From assembly GCA_965248265.1 (NCBI GenBank), contig CBDFJF010000001.1, forward strand, positions 2,176,001-2,240,000: DNA of 64,000 nt. Direction: 5' to 3'. A program made the position numbers and the translations under genes. This DNA comes from Candidatus Latescibacterota bacterium (GTDB taxonomy: Bacteria; Latescibacterota; UBA2968; UBA8231). Shown in pieces: positions 30,545-40,333 of this stretch. The first letter of the stretch is position 1; every line of letters starts with the position of its first letter. The notes under the pieces were generated by a model. That model made no database searches and was not told where the DNA came from. It saw only the letters and a program-made list of their open reading frames with translations.

Positions 30545-33361
30545 TTGGAAACATACCGTAGCACGATGCTCCATCGCCTAATCGGGATAGGCGTATTCCT
30601 CCTGGTCCTCGTCCTGTTCATCAAGACGATGGCGCCGTCGGTCTCGTTCTGGGACACGGGGGAATTCATCGCCTGCTCCTACATCCTCGGCGTCCCGCAT
30701 CCACCCGGGGCCCCCCTCTACATACTACTGGGGCGCGTATTCACGCTGTTGCCTATCAGCGAAGTGGCGTGGCGCGTCGTGTTCATGTCCGTGCTCACCT
30801 CAGCCGGGGCCATCTGGTGCACCTATCTGAGTTCGGTCGTCCTGATCCGCCGGTCCCTGGGAGGCCATGCCCTCAAGCCGTTCGGCGATGATCGCGACAT
30901 CAGCGTCATCACCGGAGCTGTCGTGGCTTCCCTATCGCTCGCGTTCTCTTACACCTTCTGGTTCAATGCCACCGAGGCCGAGGTTTACGGTTATTCCATT
31001 CTGTTCGCCTGCCTGGGGTTCTGGCTCGTCCTCTACTGGGACGGCACCCAGCACGGCAGCTCCAACGACCGCTGGCTGTACTTTCTCGCCTACCTTTTCG
31101 GTCTGGGCGGCGGCATCCACCTGCTGTGCCTGCTGACCGTACCAGCCCTGTTGATCCTGGCCTGGTTTGCCGACAAGGAATTGCGCCGGCTGGTACTGAT
31201 CGGAGTGGGCGGCGGACTGGTCGGCCTGGCCTACATCTCCCTGTTCGCGCAATACCCTCCGTCGGCGAAGTTCATCGGTCTGCTCGCCCTGGCCGCCGCC
31301 GCCGTGCTCCTGGCATATGCCTGGCGCCTGCGGGAGGATTTGCGACCGACGGTGAAAATTCTGGCCGGCCTCGGCGTCGTCACCCTGTTTATGGGCTTGC
31401 TGTCGGTTGGGGTCCCTCAGTTCATCACGCTCAGCAAGATCATTCCCGTGGCGGGCGCTGTCCTCATCGTACGTGAACTCTACCTGCGCGATAGGCGTGC
31501 ACTCAATCTGTCCCTGGGCTTTGGTATCCTCTTCGCCATTGGCTACTCGACCTATCTCGCCCTGCTGATTCGTTCCGGCCTCGACCCGGCCATCGACGAG
31601 AACGACCCGGAAACCTGGGCCGCGTTCATGAGTTTCCTGAACCGCGAGCAGTACGGCACCGACAGCATGCTGTTGATGATCCTGGAGCCGCGTGCTTCTC
31701 GTGTCTATCAGTTGTGGGACCAGCAGTTCAAGTATTTCTTCCAGCAGTTTCCCTTCCAGCTGGGGACCTTCTGGGCGCAGTTCCGCTGGGCAACCGAGAA
31801 CCTGCCGCACCACATCTCCATATCGGTGTTCCCCTACCTGTTGGGTCTGTTTGGCCTGATCTGGCACGCTGTCCGCGACGTGCGCCGCTTCCTCGCCATC
31901 GCCGCCCTGTTCGTGGTGATGGGTTTCGGCCTGTCGCTGTACCTGAATATGCCCGACCCGCAACCGCGCGAGCGGCATTACGTGTTCGGCGGCATGTTCT
32001 TCGCGTTCGCCTTGTGGATGGGTCTGGGATGGGGTGGCGTGGTCGAGTTGATACGGGAACGCTTTGCCTCCCTGCGGGGTCCGGCCCTGGTCGGGGTCGC
32101 GTGCGTTGGCCTGTTGTTGCCACTCGGCATCGCCATTGAGGGCTACCACATCCAGGACCGTACCGACGACTACATCGCCTACGACTATGGTCACAACCTG
32201 CTCGAATCCTGCGAGCTGAATTCGATCCTGTTCACGAACGGCGACAACGATACCTTCCCGCTGTGGTTCCTGCAGGAGGTGGAAGGCGTTCGCCGCGACG
32301 TCCGCGTCGTCAACCTCAGTCTGTTGAACACCAACTGGTACATCAAGCAGCTGCGCGACCGCGAGCCCAGGATCCACATCCCGCTGCAGGACGATTACAT
32401 CGACTCGACCCTGACCGATGTCGAGACCGAGGACCTGCGGCACCGGCTATGGTTGGAACCCCGCACGCCAAAGGAATACGCCGACCTCGGGCTTGACGTC
32501 GAACTTTCTGCCGGACCGGGCAACCAGTTGTTGCGGGTGCAGGACCTGATGGTCGTCGCCATCATCGCCTTCAACGCCTTCGATCGCCCCATCCACTTCG
32601 CCATCACCGTAGCCGGATCGAATCGCACTGGACTGGACCCGTTCCTTAAAATGGTGGGCATGACGATGAAGCTGATGCCGGAGCGCATCACCTCCGGCGC
32701 GGTCGAGCCGCTGGCCACCAATCTGCTGGAGAAGTACCGCTTCCGCGGCGTCAACGATCCGACCATACACAAGGATGTCAACACCGCCCGACTGCTCGGC
32801 AATTATCGCGCCTGTGTCATGAGCCTGGCCGATGCCTACGAGGCTGAAGGCCGCAAGGAAGAGCTCGCCAGTCTGTTCGAATGGGCCATCAACACCATCC
32901 CGCTCAGCTGGGAGGGGTACTACTCGGCCAGCGATTATCACAGGGACATCGGCGAAATGGAAAAGGCCGCCGAATACCTTGAAACGGCTGGCACCGAGCT
33001 GGTTAAGGTCTATGGCCTGCACCCGTCGGCGAACTACGACAACGTCCTGGCGATCGCCAGCATGCTGCTCAATATCTACAGGGACTATGAGCGTGCCGAG
33101 CACATCTACCGGCTGGGCATCGCCGAGGAGCCGGATCGTTACGATGGCTACCACGAACTGGCCGCAACCATGCAGGCTGCCAATGACCCGCAGCGCGCCC
33201 TGGATTTGGTGGAGAAGTTCATGGCACGCTACGGCAATCTGGATACGGCCGAGGCCGACAAGATGATCCTCCTCAATGCGATCAGGAAGCGATCGGCTCT
33301 GCCGGCTGGCGATCTGCCGCAAGGCGATCCGCCCGCCGACTCAACCGGAACCCAGCCTTGA
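30545..33361 (+). CDS. DUF2723 membrane glycosyltransferase (TMEM260-like GT-C) with a C-terminal TPR-like region
   Basis: SVSFWDTGEFIA, VPHPPGAPLY, FNATEAEVY, LNREQYG, PRERHY, FTNGDNDTFPLW. Confidence 0.9.
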   Translation: METYRSTMLHRLIGIGVFLLVLVLFIKTMAPSVSFWDTGEFIACSYILGVPHPPGAPLYILLGRVFTLLPISEVAWRVVFMSVLTSAGAIWCTYLSSVVLIRRSLGGHALKPFGDDRDISVITGAVVASLSLAFSYTFWFNATEAEVYGYSILFACLGFWLVLYWDGTQHGSSNDRWLYFLAYLFGLGGGIHLLCLLTVPALLILAWFADKELRRLVLIGVGGGLVGLAYISLFAQYPPSAKFIGLLALAAAAVLLAYAWRLREDLRPTVKILAGLGVVTLFMGLLSVGVPQFITLSKIIPVAGAVLIVRELYLRDRRALNLSLGFGILFAIGYSTYLALLIRSGLDPAIDENDPETWAAFMSFLNREQYGTDSMLLMILEPRASRVYQLWDQQFKYFFQQFPFQLGTFWAQFRWATENLPHHISISVFPYLLGLFGLIWHAVRDVRRFLAIAALFVVMGFGLSLYLNMPDPQPRERHYVFGGMFFAFALWMGLGWGGVVELIRERFASLRGPALVGVACVGLLLPLGIAIEGYHIQDRTDDYIAYDYGHNLLESCELNSILFTNGDNDTFPLWFLQEVEGVRRDVRVVNLSLLNTNWYIKQLRDREPRIHIPLQDDYIDSTLTDVETEDLRHRLWLEPRTPKEYADLGLDVELSAGPGNQLLRVQDLMVVAIIAFNAFDRPIHFAITVAGSNRTGLDPFLKMVGMTMKLMPERITSGAVEPLATNLLEKYRFRGVNDPTIHKDVNTARLLGNYRACVMSLADAYEAEGRKEELASLFEWAINTIPLSWEGYYSASDYHRDIGEMEKAAEYLETAGTELVKVYGLHPSANYDNVLAIASMLLNIYRDYERAEHIYRLGIAEEPDRYDGYHELAATMQAANDPQRALDLVEKFMARYGNLDTAEADKMILLNAIRKRSALPAGDLPQGDPPADSTGTQP

Positions 33362-33368
33362 GTGCGGA

Positions 33369-34418
33369 GTGGATCCGGTTACCATCGTAATCCCGCACTT
33401 TGACGCCGATACCCTCGGCGACTGCCTGGCGGCACTGTTCGAACACAGCATCCCTTCACAGATCCATGTCGTCGTCGTCGATGATGGACCCGGCAGTGAT
33501 TCATTGCAGCAGGCACGGCAACGCTTTCCACAAATCGAAGTACTGACCAACCCCAGCAACCTCGGCTTCAGCCACTCCTGCAATCGCGGCCTGGAGCACA
33601 GCAAAACCCGTTACGCCTGCCTGCTCAACGACGACACCAAGGTTACCGCGGGGTGGTTAGCCCCTCTGATCGATATGTGCGAGGCTGATCCGCGAATCGC
33701 TGCCTGCCAGCCGAAGCTTCTCTCAGCCACACATCCCGACCGGTTCGACTACAGTGGCGCGGCCGGGGGCTATGTAGATGGTCTCGGATACACCTTCTGC
33801 CGCGGTCGCGTCCTCGACGAACTGGAACATGACCGTGGCCAGTATGATCAACCCGCTGCCCTGTCCTGGGGCTGTGGCTCTGCCCTGTTCGTCCGCGTGG
33901 ATGCCGTTCGCGAGGTCGGCCTGCTGGATGTCGATTTCTTCATGCACTTCGAGGAGATCGACCTGTGCTGGCGCCTGGGCCTTGCTGGGTACCGGGTGAT
34001 GGCTGTTCCCGCTTCGATCGTCCACCATCACGCCGGCTGGACCTTGCCGCCCGACAGCTTCCGCAAGAAGTACCTCAATCACCGCAATAATCTGGTGGCG
34101 CTGTTCAAGACCCTGCCATCGCGACGACTGGTGTGGTTACTGCCGGTGCGGTTTTTTCTTGAATGGCTGGCGGCGCTGAGCTATCTGGCCGGCGGCAAGG
34201 GATGGGCTGCATTGGCACCCCCACTGGCACTGGCCTGGATCGCCCTTCATCCCTTGAATCTGTGGCGACGGCGGCGGCGCAGTCGCAGGCTCGCTGGTTC
34301 CGGGGCTGTCACTACGGCTAACGGTGTCTACGGCGGCAGCATCCTCGTCGACTACTACCTGCGCCGGCGACGAATATCCAGTGAATTATTGCAAGAGAGC
34401 GGAGAGCAGAAGAGTTGA
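33369..34418 (+). CDS. Glycosyltransferase family 2 (WbbL-like)
   Basis: VVVDDG, NLGFSHSCN, LLNDDT, FDYSGAAGG, FFMHFEEIDLCWR. Confidence 0.9.
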   Translation: MDPVTIVIPHFDADTLGDCLAALFEHSIPSQIHVVVVDDGPGSDSLQQARQRFPQIEVLTNPSNLGFSHSCNRGLEHSKTRYACLLNDDTKVTAGWLAPLIDMCEADPRIAACQPKLLSATHPDRFDYSGAAGGYVDGLGYTFCRGRVLDELEHDRGQYDQPAALSWGCGSALFVRVDAVREVGLLDVDFFMHFEEIDLCWRLGLAGYRVMAVPASIVHHHAGWTLPPDSFRKKYLNHRNNLVALFKTLPSRRLVWLLPVRFFLEWLAALSYLAGGKGWAALAPPLALAWIALHPLNLWRRRRRSRRLAGSGAVTTANGVYGGSILVDYYLRRRRISSELLQESGEQKS

Positions 34419-35365
34419 AACGCGCGCTCAGTACGATTCTGAAACTCGCGGTCAGTGCCGGGTTGCTCTACTACCTGCTGGCGCGTTCAGACCTTGGGGA
34501 ATTTGCCGGTGTCGTCGCCGGCGCCTCCGGGACTTACCTGGTTGCTGCTGTCCTGTTCTTCGTCCTCAGCAACGTCCTGGGGGCGCTACAGTGGCACCTG
34601 CTGCTCAAAGCCCAACAACTGCCCATCCGCTTCCGCCAGTCGCTGATCTTTTACTGGATCGGCGTCTTCTTCAACAATGTCCTGCTGGGCAACATTGGCG
34701 GCGACGCCCTGCGCATCTACGACATCCGCCGCCTTACCGGAGAGGGAACAGGGGGCGCCGCAGCCACCTTCATGGACCGCTTCATCGGCCTGTTTTCTAC
34801 CTGCAGCCTGGCCCTCGTCGCCTATGTCATGGTGGCTGAAGTGCGCGCTGGGGGAAAGCTCGTCATGGTTCTGTTTCCAATATGGTTGGCCCTCGTCGTC
34901 CTGCTGTGCATGGGACTGAGCCGCCACGTCGGTTGGTTCCTGGAGCGCCTGGCCAAGCGAGTCCTGCCAGAGCGCGTGTCCGGACTACTCGGCGACCTGC
35001 GGCTGAGCATCGTCGTCTATCGGCACCGTCCGGGATTATTGTTGTGCGTATGGGTCGTTTCACTCAGCGTGCAGGCGTGCCGGATCCTCGTGTACTGGAT
35101 AGCCGGCCTGGCGGTCGGCATAGAAGTCAGCCTTGTTTTCTACGTCGCCTTTCAACCCGTGGCCGCCATCATTGCTGCACTGCCGATCTCTATCGGTGGT
35201 CTGGGCGTGCGCGAGAATGTCCTGGTAGAACTGTTCGGCAGTGTTGGCGCCCCCGAGAGCCTCGCCTTCGCCATGTCCCTGCTCGGGTATGCCGCCGGAA
35301 TCGTCGCCAGCCTGTTCGGCGGCGTCGCCTTCGTGCTGCGTCGCGTCGAACGCGCAACCGAATGA
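34415..35365 (+). CDS. Lysylphosphatidylglycerol synthase TM / UPF0104 flippase-like membrane protein
   Basis: FFNNVLLGNIGGDALR, DRFIGL, LPISIGGLGVRE. Confidence 0.85.
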   Translation: MKRALSTILKLAVSAGLLYYLLARSDLGEFAGVVAGASGTYLVAAVLFFVLSNVLGALQWHLLLKAQQLPIRFRQSLIFYWIGVFFNNVLLGNIGGDALRIYDIRRLTGEGTGGAAATFMDRFIGLFSTCSLALVAYVMVAEVRAGGKLVMVLFPIWLALVVLLCMGLSRHVGWFLERLAKRVLPERVSGLLGDLRLSIVVYRHRPGLLLCVWVVSLSVQACRILVYWIAGLAVGIEVSLVFYVAFQPVAAIIAALPISIGGLGVRENVLVELFGSVGAPESLAFAMSLLGYAAGIVASLFGGVAFVLRRVERATE

Positions 35366-36564
35366 CGTCTATCCGCCCCGCGATCCGCCCCGCGATCCGC
35401 CCGGCGTTCCGGCTTGGCAACGAGCGCTTGTTCGAAGACGCTTCATCAATGATCGAGGGCAAGCGGTTGGGGTTGATCACCAATCACTCCGGTGTCGACG
35501 GCCGCCTGAGACTGACGGCCGACCGCTTATCCGAGTGGCCGGACTGCGACCTGGTGGCCCTGTTTTCTCCGGAACATGGCATCCGTGGCGACCATCAGGA
35601 CGGAGTCGAAGTCTCCTCCACCACCGACGCGCGCACTGGAGTGACCGTGCACAGCCTGTACGGTAGCGGAGAGCGGCAGCCTGGTCCGGATATTCTCGGC
35701 GACATCGATGTTCTCCTGTTCGACATCCAGGACGTGGGGGTCCGGTTCTACACCTACCTGTACACGATGAGCCTGGCGATGGAAGCTTGTGGCTCGTGTG
35801 GCGTGCCTTTCATCGTCCTCGACCGGCCCAATCCGCTGGGAGGGGAAATTCTCGAGGGTAACGTGCTGGATCCGGCCTATGCTTCCTTCGTTGGTAAGTA
35901 CCCGATCCCAGTGCGTTACGCCATGACCATCGGTGAGTTGGCCCGCCTCATGAACGAGGAGTTCTCGCTAGGGGCCGAGCTGCACCTGGTAGAGATGGAC
36001 GGTTGGCGACGATCCTACTGGTGGGATGACACCGGGCTGCACTGGGTACCCCCATCGCCGAACATGCCCACGGCTGACACCGCAGTCGTGTACCCGGGCA
36101 CGTGCTTCATCGAGGGAACCAACCTTTCGGAGGGCCGCGGCACAACCCGGCCGTTCGAACAGATTGGGGCGCCCTACGTCGATGGGAGCTGGCTGGCTGA
36201 TGCTCTCAATGAGCGCAGCTTACCCGGCGTTCTGTTCCGGGACGTCCACTTTACTCCATGCAGTGGCAAGTACGCGAACGAGTCGTGTGCAGGCGTTCAA
36301 CTACATGTATGTGATCGCAACCTCTTCAGACCGGTAACCGCCGGTTTCGAGATGGTGTCTGCGATAAAACGCCAGTGGCCGCACGACTTCGACTGGCGCA
36401 TCCCCGAAACCGGCATTCATAACTTCGACAAGCTGGCCGGCACCGACACCATCCGCAAGGCCCTGGATGACGGGACCGAGGTCGAGCAGTTAACGCTCCA
36501 CTGGAATTCGGAGCGCGACGAATTTGCGCAAATCCGCCGCTCATACTTACTGTACGATGGTTGA
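35362..36564 (+). CDS. namZ: Exo-beta-N-acetylmuramidase NamZ (DUF1343)
   Basis: GLITNHSG, LFSPEHG, DIQDVGVRFYTY, LDRPNP, PPSPNMP, SEGRGTTRPFE. Confidence 0.92.
   Translation: MTSIRPAIRPAIRPAFRLGNERLFEDASSMIEGKRLGLITNHSGVDGRLRLTADRLSEWPDCDLVALFSPEHGIRGDHQDGVEVSSTTDARTGVTVHSLYGSGERQPGPDILGDIDVLLFDIQDVGVRFYTYLYTMSLAMEACGSCGVPFIVLDRPNPLGGEILEGNVLDPAYASFVGKYPIPVRYAMTIGELARLMNEEFSLGAELHLVEMDGWRRSYWWDDTGLHWVPPSPNMPTADTAVVYPGTCFIEGTNLSEGRGTTRPFEQIGAPYVDGSWLADALNERSLPGVLFRDVHFTPCSGKYANESCAGVQLHVCDRNLFRPVTAGFEMVSAIKRQWPHDFDWRIPETGIHNFDKLAGTDTIRKALDDGTEVEQLTLHWNSERDEFAQIRRSYLLYDG
35371..35406 (+). repeat. 12-nt tandem repeat (IRPA x3) at the namZ 5' end
   Basis: ATCCGCCCCGCG twice, then ATCCGCCCGGCG. 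Confidence 0.75.
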
Positions 36565-36585
36565 AAGCTTTAGGACCCTTGTTGA

Positions 36586-36630
36586 GACAATTGCGTAGCA
36601 ATTGTCAAAACGATTGCTTTAGCAATCGTT
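36586..36630. promoter_or_regulatory. Two adjacent perfect inverted repeats upstream of the YqgE-like gene
   Basis: GACAATTGC-GTA-GCAATTGTC and AACGATTGCT-TT-AGCAATCGTT. Confidence 0.5.
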
Positions 36631-36657
36631 CGTCGACCAAGGATTGTCACCGAAATC

Positions 36658-37248
36658 ATGCCCGCTCCCCTGGAACCTGGAACTCTGTTGATCGCGTCGC
36701 TGGCGCTGGAAGAACCGACTTTTTCGCGCACCGTCGTGGTCCTTCTGCAGTACGTACCCGACGAGCTGACGCTGGGCGTTGTCGTCAATCGCCCCCTCGG
36801 GGACCGTGCCAGACTCTACCCGAGTGATGAATTGAGCAATCTGACACAGGGCCTGACGAAGACCGCCAACCTGGGCGGCATGTTCTTCCAGGGAGGTCCG
36901 GTTGATCCCGGTTCGTTGATTTTCCTCCATCGCGTTGATGAACTCGGCGAGGAGACCACCCGCATCCGCGACGGCCTCTACGCCGGCGGTGACCTTGACG
37001 CCCTGCGCGCCCACACGGCTTCAGCGGGAACCGAGTCGCCGCTGCTCCGGTTTTTTCTCGGTTACGCCGAATGGGCCCCCGGGCAACTGGAGGATGAAAT
37101 CAATATGGGCGCTTGGATACTGGCGCCCTGCAATGTCGATCTCGTGTTCTCCGAAGAATCAGACCAGGTTTGGCAGCAATCCCTGCACGCACTCGGCGGC
37201 AAGTACGCACCGATGTCCTTCATGCCTGAAGACCCCACGCTGAATTGA
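36658..37248 (+). CDS. YqgE/AlgH family protein (UPF0301)
   Basis: FSRTVV, GVVVNRP, FQGGPV, RFFLGYAEWAPGQLEDEI, PEDPTLN. Confidence 0.9.
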   Translation: MPAPLEPGTLLIASLALEEPTFSRTVVVLLQYVPDELTLGVVVNRPLGDRARLYPSDELSNLTQGLTKTANLGGMFFQGGPVDPGSLIFLHRVDELGEETTRIRDGLYAGGDLDALRAHTASAGTESPLLRFFLGYAEWAPGQLEDEINMGAWILAPCNVDLVFSEESDQVWQQSLHALGGKYAPMSFMPEDPTLN

Positions 37249-38429
37249 TCTATTCTTCTATGGGTTCCTCTAGGGGTTCATCACAGCCCGCCCCTGCCGC
37301 TAGAGCCACGTTCGCCATCGTCGCCATCCTCTGCTTGACGAGCCCCCCATCTGTTGCCCAGTCACTGTCGATCCCGGATGATGCGCCGTTCGCGGCGGCC
37401 ATCCTTGTCGAAGCAGAGACGGGGACCATACTGCTGGACTACAACGCCCGTGCACCGCGTTCACCCGCGAGCACACAGAAGCTGTTGTTGCAGTTGGTCA
37501 TCCTTGACGCGGTTGCTGAGGGTCGCGTGAGCCTTTCGGACTCCGTCTACACGTCGGCTCGAGCCAGCGGGATGGGCGGGTCCCAGGTGTTTCTCAAGCA
37601 GGGCGAGGTGTTCACGCTGGGTGAGCTCATGGAGTCGATCGCCATCGCCTCTGCAAACGACGCCTGCGTGGCCGTGGCCGAGCACATTGCCGGCATCACC
37701 GATGAGTTTGTGCGCGCTATGAACGACAAGGCCGAGCAACTGGCTTGCAGCGCCACCCATTGCGTCAACGTGCACGGTTTGGACGATACCCCACGCGACG
37801 GAGGCAACCGGACCTCGGCCCTCGACCTGTCCACGATCGCCCGGGCCCTGTTGGCGCATCCACAGGTGCTCGAGTGGTCCTCCATTCGCTACAAGCCGTT
37901 CCGCAACGGCGAGTTCATGCTCTACACGACGAACAAGCTACTGGGGAAGGTGCCGGGGTTGGACGGCCTCAAGACCGGGCACACGGAACGAGCCGGCCAC
38001 TGCCTTGTGGCTACTGCCCAGCGGCGAGGCATGCGACTGATCTCCGTCATCCTGGGCGCGGATACTCAGCGCCAACGTGGAAGCGAAACCAAACGGCTGT
38101 TGAGTTGGGGGTTCAACAACTTCGACAAGGTGCCTGTCGCCAAGGCGGGCGAGCTTCTTGGCAAAGTCTCTCTGGATTGGGGTCTGCAGCCTCAGGTGAA
38201 GGCCGTCGTGGCTGATACGGTCGTTGCCGTCCTTTCGACTCGACAACGCCGACTCCTGAGCCAACAGGTGGAGTTGCCAGAGCTGTTGCCGGCACCAGTA
38301 GAAGCCGGTGACTCCTTGGGCACCGTCGATATCAGTCTTGGCGATAGCCTGATCGCGCAGGTAACGCTCGTCGCAGACCAGTCCGTGGACCGTATGAGTT
38401 ACTGGGAAAAACTGCTCAGTTACTTCTAG
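37245..38429 (+). CDS. D-alanyl-D-alanine carboxypeptidase (peptidase S11, PBP5/6-like)
   Basis: PASTQK (SxxK), SANDA (SxN), DGLKTGHT (KTG), PBP5_C domain; exact start uncertain. Confidence 0.92.
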   Translation: MIYSSMGSSRGSSQPAPAARATFAIVAILCLTSPPSVAQSLSIPDDAPFAAAILVEAETGTILLDYNARAPRSPASTQKLLLQLVILDAVAEGRVSLSDSVYTSARASGMGGSQVFLKQGEVFTLGELMESIAIASANDACVAVAEHIAGITDEFVRAMNDKAEQLACSATHCVNVHGLDDTPRDGGNRTSALDLSTIARALLAHPQVLEWSSIRYKPFRNGEFMLYTTNKLLGKVPGLDGLKTGHTERAGHCLVATAQRRGMRLISVILGADTQRQRGSETKRLLSWGFNNFDKVPVAKAGELLGKVSLDWGLQPQVKAVVADTVVAVLSTRQRRLLSQQVELPELLPAPVEAGDSLGTVDISLGDSLIAQVTLVADQSVDRMSYWEKLLSYF

Positions 38430-38515
38430 CGCTCGGGCGCCCAGGGGCATGACCGCCGGGGCGCACGACTTACCCGTTGACCGATCTTTGTGCTGGCTCG
38501 CCGCGTGACACGACG

Positions 38516-38950
38516 CTATTTATGGTACCTGCCGCCGTGAAGAATATCGAACGATCGGTACAGCGCCTCGAGCAGCACCAGGCGCGCCAGTGCATGAGAA
38601 AAGGTGAGCGTTGAGAGTGACCAGCGCTCCCGTACCTGAGAAGCGGCCTCACGCGGCATCCCCTCGGGACCTCCGATGACGAAAACAAGATCGGATTCAC
38701 CCCTGTTCATCATGGCCTGAAGCCGGTCCGCCATCTGCGGTGATGATAGCTTCTCGCCGTCGACGAACAGTCCGATCACTTTTCCACCCCGCTTCAACAA
38801 GCGTTGTGGTATTCCAGTCTTGTCATCCCATTTCTTGACCGCAACAAGCTCGACCTGTGCGTGGGATCGGATGCGTTTGCAGAACTCTGCCTCGGCCTCT
38901 TCGAACCCGGTTTGAGCACTGTTCAGGAAGGAAACGATCGACAACTTCAT
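38516..38950 (-). CDS. rlmH: 23S rRNA (pseudouridine1915-N3)-methyltransferase
   Basis: FVIGGPEG, SLSTLTFSHALARLVLLEALYR, YHK C-terminus. Confidence 0.93.
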   Translation of the reverse strand: MKLSIVSFLNSAQTGFEEAEAEFCKRIRSHAQVELVAVKKWDDKTGIPQRLLKRGGKVIGLFVDGEKLSSPQMADRLQAMMNRGESDLVFVIGGPEGMPREAASQVRERWSLSTLTFSHALARLVLLEALYRSFDILHGGRYHK

Positions 38951-39004
38951 GGATTCAACCAGATTGACCAGAACGAGAGTGGCAGATAGATTTATTCTCC
39001 TAGA

Positions 39005-39081
39005 GGGCGATTAGCTCAGATGGTTAGAGTGCCTGCTTGACATGCAGGAAGTCACTGGTTCAATTCCAGTATCGCCCACCA
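39005..39081 (+). tRNA. tRNA-Val(GAC)
   Basis: Acceptor stem GGGCGAT/ATCGCCC, D arm TAGCTCAGATGGTTAGAG, anticodon arm CCTGC-TTGACAT-GCAGG, GGTTCAATTCC T arm, encoded CCA. Confidence 0.97.
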
Positions 39082-39085
39082 TATT

Positions 39086-39125
39086 GAGAGGCGGTTCGGC
39101 GGTCATCGCAGAACCGCCTCTTTTC
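39086..39125 (+). terminator. Rho-independent terminator after the tRNA
   Basis: GAGGCGGTTC...GAACCGCCTC followed by TTTT. Confidence 0.75.
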
Positions 39126-39352
39126 TGTCTGATTCCTGTTACTTGCCACGGGTTCCAGAGTTGAAATGGATTTCCCATATTGCTGAGCACTCCTGAGGCG
39201 GTTGCCGCCTTCCATGCTACGAGGAGACGGTGCACCGACAGAAAAGCACTGTCAAGGCTCCTACCGATTGTCAGGCCATTTTGCAACCTCTGAACATCGA
39301 TAGTTCCTCCGCTGTTAAGGCGATAGCATGTTGGGTGGCCTGACTGGGCTCG

Positions 39353-40333
39353 ATGAGCACTGAACCACTGGTGAGCGTGCTGATGCCCACCTACCGGCGA
39401 GCGGCGTACATCGGTGAGGCGGTCGCGAGCATTCTTGGCCAGACCTTCAGCGACTGGGAACTGATCGTCATCGACGACGGCTCAGACGACGGCACCGAGG
39501 CCGTGGTGTGCGGTGTGACCGATCCGCGAGTCCGCCTGCTACGCCAGCAACACCGCGGTATCAGCGCAGCTCTCAACACGGGGCTGGCGGCTGCGCGGGG
39601 ACGTCTGGTGGCCCGGCTTGACTCGGACGACATCTGGCTGCCCGACATGCTCGAAACCCAGGTTGCTGCACTCGATCGGGTGCCAGAGGCCTGTCTGTCC
39701 TATGCCCGGGGCCAGGCCATGAGTACCACTGGCGCACTGCTCCAAGATGTGTGGGGCCTGCCCCTTCACTACCCTGGCGACGCCTTCCGCAGCATGGTGT
39801 TGGGTGACTCGACCTGTAACATCACTGTGGTAGTACGACGGGCCTGCCTGGACCGCGCCGGTTCCTTCGACGAGTCCATGCAGACCGGCGAGGATTGGGA
39901 TATGTGGCTGCGCGTTTCGCGACATGGCCAGTTCGTCTTCACCGACCGGGTGCTGGCGCGCTTCCGCCGGCACGGGGAGCAGATATCGGAAAGACCGACA
40001 CGCGACCGCGACCGCGCGGACCGGGTGCGGGTTCTCGACAAGCTGTTCCGAGACCCGAGCCTGCCGCCCGAAATCGGGGCGCTTCGCGGCCTGGCCTACA
40101 GCAACGTGGCGACCGGCAACGGACTGATGTGGCTGGTGGAAGGTAAATACGGCCTGGCGGCACGCGCTTTCGCACATGCGCTGCGCATTTCGCCCCAGCC
40201 GCTCCTGACAATAAGCCGCATCACCTGGTTCGGCCTGCGCTGGCGAGTGCTCGACCGAAACCGGTGGGGCCGTTGTCTGGCCAGTGGCTTTACACGCCTG
40301 CTACACCGCACACGCCAGCGAGGGGAGAGATGA
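39353..40333 (+). CDS. Glycosyltransferase family 2
   Basis: LVSVLMPTY, IDDGSDDGT, LDSDD, EDWDMWLR. Confidence 0.92.
   Translation: MSTEPLVSVLMPTYRRAAYIGEAVASILGQTFSDWELIVIDDGSDDGTEAVVCGVTDPRVRLLRQQHRGISAALNTGLAAARGRLVARLDSDDIWLPDMLETQVAALDRVPEACLSYARGQAMSTTGALLQDVWGLPLHYPGDAFRSMVLGDSTCNITVVVRRACLDRAGSFDESMQTGEDWDMWLRVSRHGQFVFTDRVLARFRRHGEQISERPTRDRDRADRVRVLDKLFRDPSLPPEIGALRGLAYSNVATGNGLMWLVEGKYGLAARAFAHALRISPQPLLTISRITWFGLRWRVLDRNRWGRCLASGFTRLLHRTRQRGER

Noticed and set aside
30932-32443. 503-aa minus-strand ORF
   Set aside because: Antisense shadow of the DUF2723 gene.
34882-35361. Long N-terminal extension of namZ in the ORF track
   Set aside because: Overlaps the upstream membrane gene; ATG 35362 with an ATGA overlap is the better start.
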